The notes below the pieces were generated by a model, which ran no database searches, was not told the origin of the DNA, and was given only the letters and a program-made list of their open reading frames with translations. Position numbers and translations under genes: made by a program. A DNA stretch of 61,909 nucleotides, the filler included, from a candidate division TA06 bacterium SM23_40 (GTDB lineage: Bacteria > LJUI01 > SM1-40), in the NCBI GenBank assembly GCA_001303705.1. It is 5 parts of 5 records of this genome, joined end to end, with 100 filler letters (N's around TTAATTAATTAA, not from the genome) between each part and the next. Parts side by side here need not be neighbours in the genome. Positions count along the whole stretch, not along the records: positions 1 to 25,946 come from LJUI01000017.1; 4 more parts are not named here. One strand, given 5' to 3'. This document shows positions 10,453 to 19,680 of the stretch, one piece after another; position 1 is the first letter of the stretch, and each line of letters opens with the position of its first letter.

Positions 10453-12621
10453 CTAATCCTCCTCTTCGACCTCCTCCTCCAACAGCTCACCGGCATCTGT
10501 AAACTTCGTTGGAGTCCTTCGCCCCTCTATCTCGGTCTCGGGTACTTCCTCCTCCCCGGGCCCAGAGGTCCTCGGCTCGGGTGCAGGGTACTCTTCCTCG
10601 TCTTCCGGTATCGTTTCTGGCTCCTCTGCAGGAGCCACGTCCACTTCCGCTTCGTCGCCGGCGGCCTCGCCCATGGGCTCCTCAGACGTTATCCCCTCAG
10701 CAGGAGGAACGCCCGCACCCTCGGGGGCATCCGGTACCTCCGGCTCCGCCGCGACCTCAGCCGCTCGAGGCTCCGGGGTCGGCTCTGTCGGCGGTGCCCC
10801 TGGAACCTCGTCCTCCGGGGCGATCTCGTCCTCGGGAGCCGCCTCCTCAGCTCTCTCCGCAGCTGTCTCTTCGACTTCCCTCGGCCCGCGCGCCCGCTTC
10901 AGATATTCCTCTACCTCCTCCTGCTCCAGCCCCTTGAGATGGGACTTCTCGCTCAGGACTATCCGACGCGTCTTGGCGCTCACCTCGATCACCTTGAGCT
11001 TCAGTTCTTCCCCTTCGCTGTAAGCGTCGGCCGGCTTCCTCATCTCAGCCCGCGCCAGTTGGGAAAACGGAACGAACCCCTCGAGATCCTCGCCGAGGTC
11101 GACCACAAGCCCGCGCTCGAGGAGCTTGGAGACGGTGCCCGCCATTCCCGTCCCCTCCGGGTACTGCTCTGCGATCGATCCCCACGGATCGTCAGAGAGC
11201 TGCTTGAGGCCCAGAGATACGCGGCGATTCTCCGTGTCCACGTTGAGAACCACCACATCTACCCTGGCTCCCTTCTTGAGTATTTCACTCGGATGCTTCA
11301 CCCGCCTGGTCCAGGACATGTCGGAGATATGGACAAGACCATCGATCCCCTCCTCGATCTCGACGAATGCCCCGAAGTTCGTCAGGTTCCGCACCTTGCC
11401 GGCGATGTGTGTGCCCACCGGGTACCGCTCATCGAGCGTCAGCCACGGATCGGGCTCCATCTGCTTCAATCCAAGGGAGATGCGTTCGTTCTCCTTGTCG
11501 ATGTTGAGCACCATAGCGTCGATCATTTCGCCAACAGAGACGATCTTTGAGGGGTGACGTATGTGCTGAGTCCACGACATCTCCGATACGTGAACAAGCC
11601 CTTCGACGCCCTTCTCTAATTCCACGAAGGCCCCATAGTCGGTGATACTGACCACCTTGCCGCGAACCTTACTTCCCACAGGGTACTTCTCGTCGACGTC
11701 ATCCCACGGATAGGGCGTGAGCTGCTTCAATCCAAGCGAGATGCGCTCTCGATCTCGGTCTACATCGATCACCTTGACCTGGACCGTATCTCCGATCGAT
11801 ACGACCTCTGAGGGGTGACTCACTCTTCCCCACGACATGTCGGTGATATGAAGCAGCCCGTCGATCCCTCCCAGATCGATGAACGCTCCAAAGTCGGTGA
11901 TGTTCTTGACGACTCCCTCGCGCACTTGCCCCACATCCAGCTCGGTGAGCAGCGTCCTGCGCTTCTCCTCACGGTCCTGCTCGAGAATCACCCTGCGCGA
12001 GACGACGATATTTCGCCTTCTGCGGTTCAGTTTGATGATGCGGAACTCGAGCTCCTCGCCCATCAGCTTTTCCATGTCCCGCACCGGACGGAGATCGATC
12101 TGGGAGCCGGGCAGGAATGCATCGACACCGAACAGGTCGACGATGACTCCTCCCTTGACTCTCCTGAGGACCTTCCCCGTAACTGTAGCCCTGGAATCCG
12201 ACGCATCCTTGATGTGATCCCAAACCTTCATGAAGTCGGCTTTCTGCTTGGAGAGAACGACCAGGCCATCCTGATCCTCTGCATCCTCGAGCAGAACCTC
12301 GATCCTGTCACCGATCTTGACTTCATCCGGGTTCTGGAACTCAGTCAGCGAGATCACACCTTCGGATTTGTAGCCGATGTCAACGATCGCCTCTTTGTCG
12401 TCGATCTTGATGATTTCGCCGCCGATGATCTCCCCCTCGCCGAGGTCCTTGAGGGACTCCTCGTACAGGCGCATCATCTCCTCCTGAGAAGGCGTCTCAT
12501 CGTGCCGCTCAGGCGTCTCATCGGTCGATTCCGGCTGCTGACGGCTCTCCTCACCTCCTTCCTCCAGGGCATCCTCGCCCTCGTTGTTCGTTTGAGGCTC
12601 TTTTTCCTGTTCTTCGACCAT
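10453..12621 (-). CDS. rpsA: 30S ribosomal protein S1 with long acidic C-terminal extension
   Basis: Six S1 repeats (GVVKNITDFGAFIDLGGIDGLLHITDMSW etc.). cmk-plsC-ispH-rpsA context. Confidence 0.97.
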   Translation of the reverse strand: MVEEQEKEPQTNNEGEDALEEGGEESRQQPESTDETPERHDETPSQEEMMRLYEESLKDLGEGEIIGGEIIKIDDKEAIVDIGYKSEGVISLTEFQNPDEVKIGDRIEVLLEDAEDQDGLVVLSKQKADFMKVWDHIKDASDSRATVTGKVLRRVKGGVIVDLFGVDAFLPGSQIDLRPVRDMEKLMGEELEFRIIKLNRRRRNIVVSRRVILEQDREEKRRTLLTELDVGQVREGVVKNITDFGAFIDLGGIDGLLHITDMSWGRVSHPSEVVSIGDTVQVKVIDVDRDRERISLGLKQLTPYPWDDVDEKYPVGSKVRGKVVSITDYGAFVELEKGVEGLVHVSEMSWTQHIRHPSKIVSVGEMIDAMVLNIDKENERISLGLKQMEPDPWLTLDERYPVGTHIAGKVRNLTNFGAFVEIEEGIDGLVHISDMSWTRRVKHPSEILKKGARVDVVVLNVDTENRRVSLGLKQLSDDPWGSIAEQYPEGTGMAGTVSKLLERGLVVDLGEDLEGFVPFSQLARAEMRKPADAYSEGEELKLKVIEVSAKTRRIVLSEKSHLKGLEQEEVEEYLKRARGPREVEETAAERAEEAAPEDEIAPEDEVPGAPPTEPTPEPRAAEVAAEPEVPDAPEGAGVPPAEGITSEEPMGEAAGDEAEVDVAPAEEPETIPEDEEEYPAPEPRTSGPGEEEVPETEIEGRRTPTKFTDAGELLEEEVEEED

Positions 12622-12648
12622 TGTTGCTGCTCCTCCTTTATCCTAGAA

Positions 12649-13548
12649 TTAGCTCCCCCTGGGGGAGGAGCTGGGTACAGCCCCGGCTTGAAACAGGTCC
12701 CGGATCTTCCCGATCACCTCGTCGATGATCCACTGCGGAGTGGATGCTCCTGCAGTGACCCCCACTTTCGGTTTCCCCCGGAACCACTCCGGCCTCAGTT
12801 CGGCGGCCGTCTCGATGTGATGGGTCTCTCTACCGTGCGCACGGCACAACTCGGCAAGACGCGTCGTATTCGAGCTATTCTTTCCCCCGATGACGATCAT
12901 CATATCTGCTCGCAGGCCGACTGCGACAGTCGATCGCTGGCGCAGGGACGTCTCGCTGCAGATCGTATTGTATACCTTGAGCTCGCGGGCATGGCCGATC
13001 AGCTCACTGACGATTTGACGGTGGCGCTCCACGGAGAAGGTTGTCTGGGATACGATCCCGATCCGTGGCCACCTGCCGAGTCCCGATGCCTCCTCGACGC
13101 TATCGACTACGATCGCCTCATCACCTGCGTACCCCACGATGCCCTCAACTTCAGGGTGGTCAGCGCTCCCGACTACGATGACCTGATACCCATCGGCCGA
13201 GAGAGAGGCAGCGTCGTGCTGGGCCTTCTTCACGAAGGGACATGTCGCGTCAACGATGTCCAGCCCGATCCGTTCCGCCTCCGCGATCACATCCGGATGC
13301 AGGCCATGAGAGCGCACAATGACCGTTCCGACCATCCCGGGGGTAAGCCGTTCGATCACCCCGACACCGTGTTCCTCGAGCTTCCTCACGACCTGTGGAT
13401 TATGTATCAGAGGCCCGATGGTGTAGACCTTCCCCTCGCTCCGCTCGGCGGCCTCGAACGCCATGTTGATTGCACGTGTCACGCCGGAGCAGAACCCGGA
13501 ATTCTCGGCGAGTATGATCTCAACTCCCGTCAAGTCGTCCTCTCCCAT
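12649..13548 (-). CDS. ispH: 4-hydroxy-3-methylbut-2-enyl diphosphate reductase
   Basis: GFCSGV, IHNPQV, DATCPFV, NTIC, SSNT, TAGASTP motifs. Start is approximate. Confidence 0.95.
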   Translation of the reverse strand: MGEDDLTGVEIILAENSGFCSGVTRAINMAFEAAERSEGKVYTIGPLIHNPQVVRKLEEHGVGVIERLTPGMVGTVIVRSHGLHPDVIAEAERIGLDIVDATCPFVKKAQHDAASLSADGYQVIVVGSADHPEVEGIVGYAGDEAIVVDSVEEASGLGRWPRIGIVSQTTFSVERHRQIVSELIGHARELKVYNTICSETSLRQRSTVAVGLRADMMIVIGGKNSSNTTRLAELCRAHGRETHHIETAAELRPEWFRGKPKVGVTAGASTPQWIIDEVIGKIRDLFQAGAVPSSSPRGS

Positions 13549-13579
13549 ACCATTCTGCCACGCATCATCTATCTTCAAT

Positions 13580-14191
13580 CTAGTCGTTCTCCCCCAGAGA
13601 GGCAATCCTCCGGAACACCTCGCTGCTGAAAGACTCGTAGGATTCTCTCCGTGAGGTTCCCTCTATCCGGCGGGGAACGAGCGGGTCACCGAACGTAACC
13701 CGGAGCCGGTCCCGGCGCAGTATCAGCCGCCCGATTGAAGCGGCGGAGCCCTGTACACGGATCGGGACGACAGGAACACCTGCCTTCAACGCGAGCAATC
13801 CAACCCCGGCCTTGGCGGGCAGGAGGACGCCCGTGGGACTCCTCGTCCCCTCAGGAAAGACGACGACCGCCCTTCCCGCCTTGAGCAAACTCGATGCTGC
13901 ACGAAGCGCATCGTGTCCGCCGCTCCCGGCCCTGATCGGAATGGCGTTGAATGCCGTGATGAGCCACGTGAAGAACCGGCTCTGGTGAAACAACCCTTCC
14001 TTTGCCAGGAAGAACAGCTCGCGGGGGGCCGCAGTGCCGAGGAGCGGCGGATCGAGAAACGATAGATGATTTGAGGCCAGAAGCACACCGCCCCGCAGCG
14101 GCACTTTCTCCCTTCCCTGTACGCGTAGTCCGAGCACCACCCATGCGAGTGCATTCGCAATGAACCACAGGAGTCGCCAGGTGAATCTCAC
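13580..14191 (-). CDS. plsC: 1-acyl-sn-glycerol-3-phosphate acyltransferase
   Basis: NHLSFLD (HX4D) and FPEGTRS motifs. Confidence 0.9.
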   Translation of the reverse strand: MRFTWRLLWFIANALAWVVLGLRVQGREKVPLRGGVLLASNHLSFLDPPLLGTAAPRELFFLAKEGLFHQSRFFTWLITAFNAIPIRAGSGGHDALRAASSLLKAGRAVVVFPEGTRSPTGVLLPAKAGVGLLALKAGVPVVPIRVQGSAASIGRLILRRDRLRVTFGDPLVPRRIEGTSRRESYESFSSEVFRRIASLGEND

Positions 14192-14913
14192 TGCTCGGCT
14201 CCGTCGCCTTCATGCTGATCGGACCGATCCTGCTGTCTCGCCACTCTCCATTGCCTGATATGATCGACGACTACCGCGACCTGCTCCGGGATCGTCAGTC
14301 CCGTTGTGTCGATCAGTATGGCGTCGGGAGCCCTCGTAAGCGGACTCGTCTCGCGCTCGCTGTCGAATGTATCACGCCCCTCGAGGTCCTGCTGCACCTC
14401 GTGCACAGAGAGCGCCGTACCCTTCTCGATGAGTTGCTTCTGTCTGCGCCGGGCTCGCTCCTCAAGGGTGGCGTCTACATAGAACTTCAGGTCGGCATCC
14501 GGGAAGACGACAGTCCCGATGTCTCGCCCCTCACAAACTATACCCCGACCCCGGGCGAGCCGTCGCTGCTCAGCGACAAGTCTCTTCCTCACCCCGGGGT
14601 AGCTCGATACGAGGGAGACGTTGGTGTCGACGTCCGGAGACCGGATCTCCTCGCTCACATCCTCTCCGTCGAGGAGGACCCTCACACATCCCCCATCCTG
14701 GACGAACTCGATCCGCGCTTCCTCCGCGAGGCGAGCGAGATAGTCCTCATCGTCGAGTGGTGTCCGGAGCCGGAGCGCTTTGAGGGTGATCGCGCGGTAC
14801 ATGGCGCCGGTGTCCAGATACATGTACCCGACCGCCTCCGCGGCAAGTTTCGCTGTTGTGCTCTTCCCCGACGCCGCGGGGCCATCGATGGCTACGATCG
14901 CTTCCCTGTTCAC
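14188..14913 (-). CDS. cmk: cytidylate kinase
   Basis: IDGPAASGKST, LDTGAMYR, EGRDIGTVVFPDA. Confidence 0.96.
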   Translation of the reverse strand: MNREAIVAIDGPAASGKSTTAKLAAEAVGYMYLDTGAMYRAITLKALRLRTPLDDEDYLARLAEEARIEFVQDGGCVRVLLDGEDVSEEIRSPDVDTNVSLVSSYPGVRKRLVAEQRRLARGRGIVCEGRDIGTVVFPDADLKFYVDATLEERARRRQKQLIEKGTALSVHEVQQDLEGRDTFDSERETSPLTRAPDAILIDTTGLTIPEQVAVVVDHIRQWRVARQQDRSDQHEGDGAEQ

Positions 14914-14931
14914 CGTGTGAAAGGCTCTCCC

Positions 14932-16056
14932 CTACGGAGCCGGCGGCCGAGACGCCTCTCGATGCTCTGCCAGAACCTCGGCGAGCGCCTTGATGAATCG
15001 CTTATTCATCCGCTCCGTGCCGACCGTGGCCCTGAACGCGGTAGGGAATCCATAGCCTGCCAGCGGCCGGACGATGATACCCTTTCTCTGCAGCCCCTGG
15101 AATACCACCTTACAGTCGATACCAGTATCGACGAACACGAAATTGCCTACTGAGTCCGTGTGGAAGAGGCCGAGGGCATCAAGTTCGCGGCTCAGATATC
15201 GATGCCCCGCGGCGTTGATCTCCCTCGATCGCCTGATATGTTCATCGTCGTCGAGGGCTGCCAGTGCCGCCTCCTGTCCGAGCATATTGATATTGAAAGG
15301 AAGCCGCACTTTTCGAAGGGGCTCTATGAGCTCCTGCGGTCCGATGCCGTACCCTACCCTCAATCCGGCGAGTCCGTGCGCTTTCGAGAACGTACGAAGG
15401 AAGACGAGATTCCGTCCCTCTCTCACGTAGCGGAGGCTATCCGGGAAATCGGGGCGTTCTATGTATTCGATGTACGCCTCGTCGAAGACGACGACCACAC
15501 TCTCGGGCACGCGGTCCAGGAACCGCTCGACTTCCTCGCCCGAGACCATCGTCCCTGTAGGGTTATTCGGATTCGCGATATAGACCACCTTGACAGATCC
15601 ATCGATCGCGTCGGCCATTGCCTCCAGGTCGTGGGTGTAGTCGCGAAGGGGCACTTCGACCCTTCGTGCGTTCGCGATCATCGAGACGATGCGATACATA
15701 ATAAACGCCTGATCACTCATTACTGCAGTATCGGTCTCGCCGAGGAACGCCTTGGCGACGAACTCGATCAATTCGACTGACCCATTCCCGAGAATGATCT
15801 GGTCTTCGTCCACACCGAACGACTTGGCGAGTGCGGCGGTCAGATAGTATGCACCGTCGTCGGGGTACAGGTTGACCCGCCCACAGGCCTGCCGCAGCGC
15901 CGCAAGGGCGCGGGGGGAAGGACCGAGCGGATTCTCGTTCGAGGCCAACTTAATGATCTCGCCCTTTATGCCGAGTTGCCTCTGGACCTCCTCTATCGGT
16001 TTCCCCGGCACATAGGGCTTGATCTCGAGAACATTCGATCTTGCCAAGGGGCCCAT
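14932..16056 (-). CDS. hisC: histidinol-phosphate aminotransferase
   Basis: KLASNENPLG, NPNNPTG, DEAY, RTFSKAHGLAGLRVGY. AGGAGG RBS precedes the ATG. Confidence 0.93.
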   Translation of the reverse strand: MGPLARSNVLEIKPYVPGKPIEEVQRQLGIKGEIIKLASNENPLGPSPRALAALRQACGRVNLYPDDGAYYLTAALAKSFGVDEDQIILGNGSVELIEFVAKAFLGETDTAVMSDQAFIMYRIVSMIANARRVEVPLRDYTHDLEAMADAIDGSVKVVYIANPNNPTGTMVSGEEVERFLDRVPESVVVVFDEAYIEYIERPDFPDSLRYVREGRNLVFLRTFSKAHGLAGLRVGYGIGPQELIEPLRKVRLPFNINMLGQEAALAALDDDEHIRRSREINAAGHRYLSRELDALGLFHTDSVGNFVFVDTGIDCKVVFQGLQRKGIIVRPLAGYGFPTAFRATVGTERMNKRFIKALAEVLAEHREASRPPAP

Positions 16057-16192
16057 GCCGCACTCCTCCTTACCATCGAGCTTCATGTTACCACCGCTTC
16101 CGGTTCGGTGCAAGTCTTTTCTCGCCCGCGGGCGCCGCAGGACCCCGGGCCGAGCCGAGATACGCCGGCCGGACCCTCGATGACGTCCCCCA

Positions 16193-16936
16193 TCAGCAAT
16201 CGGTGCCGGTACCCGCCAATCCCGCGCATTCACGGAGGGCGCCGACCTCGCGCTCGGTGAGCTCTCGCACCTGCCCCCGAGGCAGCGTCCCGAGCTTCAA
16301 CGGCCCGAGGCGAACGCGACGCAGCTCCAATACCGGATGACCGATGGCCTTACACATCCGCTTCACCTGCCTCTTCCGACCTTCCCTCAGGGTCAGCTCG
16401 AGCACCGCGTTCCCCTTCACGGTCCGGACGAGCCGGGCGCGAGACGGCAATGTAGCGCCGTCCTCAAGAACAATCCCTCGCTCGAGGCGGCGGAGTTCTC
16501 GCTGCCCAGGAATCCCCTGCACCTTGGCACGGTATGTCTTCTCGACCTTGAATCGCGGGTGAGTCAGGCGATAGGCCAGATCCCCATCATCAGTCAGCAA
16601 GAGGAGACCCTCAGTATCGAGATCCAGACGCCCCACCGGAAAGACTCGCCCACCGGAGGCGGGGAGCAGATCGACAACGTGCGGCCTGCCGTGTGTATCC
16701 CGTAGGGTGGTGACGTACCCCTGGGGCTTATTGAGCAGCCAGTACGTGTGGCGAGGCCGGAGGTTGAGAACTCTCCCGTCGAACGTGACAGTATCCCGTT
16801 CAGGCGCGATCATCAGCGCGGGATGGCTCGCGGGACTCCCGTTCACCAGGACTCTCCCCTCCTTGACGAGCTGATCGCACCTCCTCCTCGATGCCACTCC
16901 CGCCCGGGAGAGAAACTTGTTCAGTCTCATCCCCAT
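16193..16936 (-). CDS. rluB: 23S rRNA pseudouridine synthase (RluB/RsuA family)
   Basis: S4 domain MRLNKFLSRAGVASRR, catalytic GRLD, EGRKRQVKRM. Confidence 0.9.
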   Translation of the reverse strand: MGMRLNKFLSRAGVASRRRCDQLVKEGRVLVNGSPASHPALMIAPERDTVTFDGRVLNLRPRHTYWLLNKPQGYVTTLRDTHGRPHVVDLLPASGGRVFPVGRLDLDTEGLLLLTDDGDLAYRLTHPRFKVEKTYRAKVQGIPGQRELRRLERGIVLEDGATLPSRARLVRTVKGNAVLELTLREGRKRQVKRMCKAIGHPVLELRRVRLGPLKLGTLPRGQVRELTEREVGALRECAGLAGTGTDC

Positions 16937-17522
16937 GTTGCACCATATCCCGAGACAGACGTACTGTCGAAGCGATGCCCTCCTCCTGACGGACGCCGAG
17001 CGCACGTTCGAACTCCCCTATCTCGGGGAGATCGCTCAGGTCGCGCAGCCCGAAATATCTCAGGAACTCGCCTGTCGTCTCATAGATAAGCGGCCGTCCC
17101 ACGCCTGATGAGCGGCCGGCGACGCGGATGAGCGACCGCTCGAGCAACGTACTGAGCACAGTCTGACTCTCCACCCCTCTGATCGCCTCGATAGTACTCC
17201 TCGTGACCGGCTGACGGTAGGCGATTATCGAAAGAGTCTCGAGCGCCGCTCGGGAGAGCCGGGCCGGACGTCGTCCCCGATATAGCTTCGTCACCCAATC
17301 GGCAAACTCTCTCCGAGTGTACAGCTGATACCCCTTCGCCACACGGAGAAGCTGGAAGCTATGCTCCGCCGTCTCGTACTCTTGAGCGAGGTCATCCAAG
17401 ACTTCCTCGATATCGCCCGGCGCCGCGCCGGGCACAATCGAACGCATCTTCGCGAGCGTCAGCGGAGCGTCCGATGCGAACAGGAGGGCTTCAACGATCG
17501 CACGCAGTTCCTCATGTTTCAT
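16800..17522 (-). CDS. scpB: SMC-Scp complex subunit ScpB
   Basis: VEALLFAS, LSRAALETLSIIAYRQPVTR, FLRYFGL..LSDLP. Confidence 0.93.
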   Translation of the reverse strand: MKHEELRAIVEALLFASDAPLTLAKMRSIVPGAAPGDIEEVLDDLAQEYETAEHSFQLLRVAKGYQLYTRREFADWVTKLYRGRRPARLSRAALETLSIIAYRQPVTRSTIEAIRGVESQTVLSTLLERSLIRVAGRSSGVGRPLIYETTGEFLRYFGLRDLSDLPEIGEFERALGVRQEEGIASTVRLSRDMVQHGDETEQVSLPGGSGIEEEVRSARQGGESPGERESREPSRADDRA

Positions 17523-19140
17523 TTCTTCGATCACCCAGAAATAGCTGTGCAATACCTCTGATTCTGACTGTGCGCGCGTCCTCCACGCCAAAAGCCGACG
17601 CGAGCACCCAGTATACAGCCAATCCTACCGCCCCGGCCGCTCCCACAGAGATAATGGAGCCGACGAGCCGCATAGGCTCGAGTACGGCATCGAGACGGCC
17701 AACCAGAAGCCAGGCTGCCACCCCCCCGCCCGCCGCCGCGATGAGCACGCGTATCGCCATCGAACCGACTTCGCGCAGTCCTATATCTCCCAGCCGCCGC
17801 CTCAGGATATACGCCAGTGCGACAGCGTTGACGACGGCCGCGATCGAGGTTGCGAGGGCGAACGAACGGAAGAAGATGACATGCATCAGGCCCAGGTTTA
17901 TGCCGACGTTGACGGCCGCAGACAGGCCCGTCATGAACATCGGGGTCTTCGCGTCTCCCAGTGAGTAGAACGCCGACGCCAGCACCTTGACGGTTCCTAC
18001 CGCGATGATACCGAGCGCGTAGAGCATCAGCGCCTGGGCGGTCGCCGCGGTATCGGCCGGCCCGAATTCGCCGTGTTCGTACAGTAACTGGCAAATCGGG
18101 TGTGCCAGCGCGAGCAGCAGAACGGCACACGGTGCAGTGAGGAAGATCACGAGCTTCAGCGCCCTGTCGAGCGTCGCCCGCATGCTCTCCCGATCCCTCG
18201 TCTCGTGGTGCCGCGAGAGAGCGGGCAGCGCTACCGTTGCCACCCCGACGCCGAACACCCCCAGTGGAAACTGCATCAGTCGAAAAGCGTAGTGGAGATA
18301 CGAGACACTCCGCTGCGCAAGGAACGTGACAAGGAACGTGTTGATTACGGTGTTGATCTTGGTCGCCGAGACGCCGATCACCACGGGACCGACCAGGCAG
18401 AGAAACCGCCTCAACCCCGGATGGGAAAGGTCGAAGAGCGGCCGATACCGAAACCCCACCCTCCACAGGTTGGGCAACTGGATCAGGAGTTGCCCGGCCC
18501 CCCCGGCCAGCGCACCGACCGCCATTCCTATGATCGGCGGATACCCTGCCGCGCCAAGCAACGGACAGAGCGCCAGCCCCGCTGCGATGAACCCGATATT
18601 GACCATCGCGGGAGCCAGGGCCGGCACGAAGAAGCGGCGATGGCAGTTCAGTATCGCAGCCGACAGGGCGGAGAGCCCGACAAGGAAGAGAAAGGGAAAG
18701 AGCAACTGTGTGAGTCTCGTGGTGATCTGGAGCTTCCCGGGAACGGCGTCGAACCCGGCTCCGATCACCCTCACCACGAAGGGAGCTGCCACGATCCCGA
18801 GAATCGTCGTCAGGCCGGCAGCCACCATGAGGACATTGAGTACGACGTTGGCGAACCTATGCGCCCCCTCCTCCCCCTCACCCTCCTGATACTCGACATA
18901 GACGGGCACGAAGGCTGCACTCATCACCCCTTCAGCGAAGATGTCGCGCAACAGGTTCGGGATGCGGAACGCAACCACAAAGGCGTCCATTGCGAGCCCG
19001 GCCCCGAAGACGTGCGCGAATACCATCTCCCGCGCAAGCCCGAGGATCCGGCTCACAACGGTGGCTACGCTGAATGCGCCTACCGAGGAGCGCATCGAGC
19101 CACCGCCCGCCGTCTGCCCTCCTGCGTCGGGCTTCTGCAC
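17512..19140 (-). CDS. murJ: lipid II flippase MurJ
   Basis: SRILGLARE, AFRIPNLLRDIFAEG, RLMQFPLGVFG; multi-pass membrane protein. Confidence 0.95.
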   Translation of the reverse strand: MQKPDAGGQTAGGGSMRSSVGAFSVATVVSRILGLAREMVFAHVFGAGLAMDAFVVAFRIPNLLRDIFAEGVMSAAFVPVYVEYQEGEGEEGAHRFANVVLNVLMVAAGLTTILGIVAAPFVVRVIGAGFDAVPGKLQITTRLTQLLFPFLFLVGLSALSAAILNCHRRFFVPALAPAMVNIGFIAAGLALCPLLGAAGYPPIIGMAVGALAGGAGQLLIQLPNLWRVGFRYRPLFDLSHPGLRRFLCLVGPVVIGVSATKINTVINTFLVTFLAQRSVSYLHYAFRLMQFPLGVFGVGVATVALPALSRHHETRDRESMRATLDRALKLVIFLTAPCAVLLLALAHPICQLLYEHGEFGPADTAATAQALMLYALGIIAVGTVKVLASAFYSLGDAKTPMFMTGLSAAVNVGINLGLMHVIFFRSFALATSIAAVVNAVALAYILRRRLGDIGLREVGSMAIRVLIAAAGGGVAAWLLVGRLDAVLEPMRLVGSIISVGAAGAVGLAVYWVLASAFGVEDARTVRIRGIAQLFLGDRRNET

Positions 19141-19410
19141 CTATCGTCTTTCCTCCTTCTGTCCTAAACTAGCACAGGTCGCGCCGCGGGACAACCCAAA
19201 TCGGCGCCTTACGCCATTCACTCGGTCCCCCCGTCAGCCCACCGCGCCGGATTCTCCATCAGTCCCCGGCTGATGCCCGAATTCTATTGACAATCTCGCA
19301 TCGATAGTGTATGAAGTATATGAGCCACGGCTGCTTCACGCCGCCATCGCCCCAGCAGCGAGCGTTGTCGAGAGAGCGTTACTTCAGTCTTCACACAGGA
19401 GGATCACTTC

Positions 19411-19680
19411 GTGCCCACACACCGTTCGGCCGAGAAACGTGACCGCCAGAACGCCAAGCGCCGTTCCCGGAACAGGACCGCGAAATCTCGCATCAGGACA
19501 ACCGTCAAGCGCTTCGAGGCTGCTTCCGATGAGGAGACCAGGGCCCGCCTGCTAAAAGAGGTCCAGTCTGAACTCGACAAAGCAGCCGGCAAGGGTATCA
19601 TCCCCGCCACGAGAGCAGCACGGAAGAAATCCCGCCTGGCCGCACACCTGCGGCCAAAGGATGCAGGATCGGCCTCCTAG
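19411..19680 (+). CDS. rpsT: 30S ribosomal protein S20
   Basis: SAEKRDRQ, LDKAAGKGII, AARKKSRL. AGGAGG RBS; divergent from murJ. Confidence 0.95.
   Translation: MPTHRSAEKRDRQNAKRRSRNRTAKSRIRTTVKRFEAASDEETRARLLKEVQSELDKAAGKGIIPATRAARKKSRLAAHLRPKDAGSAS

Noticed and set aside
9721-13629. Long plus-strand ORFs (609 aa and 604 aa) and similar antisense ORFs elsewhere (2225-3433, 31748-33424)
   Set aside because: They are shadow ORFs opposite well-supported genes in high-GC DNA and have no recognisable motifs.
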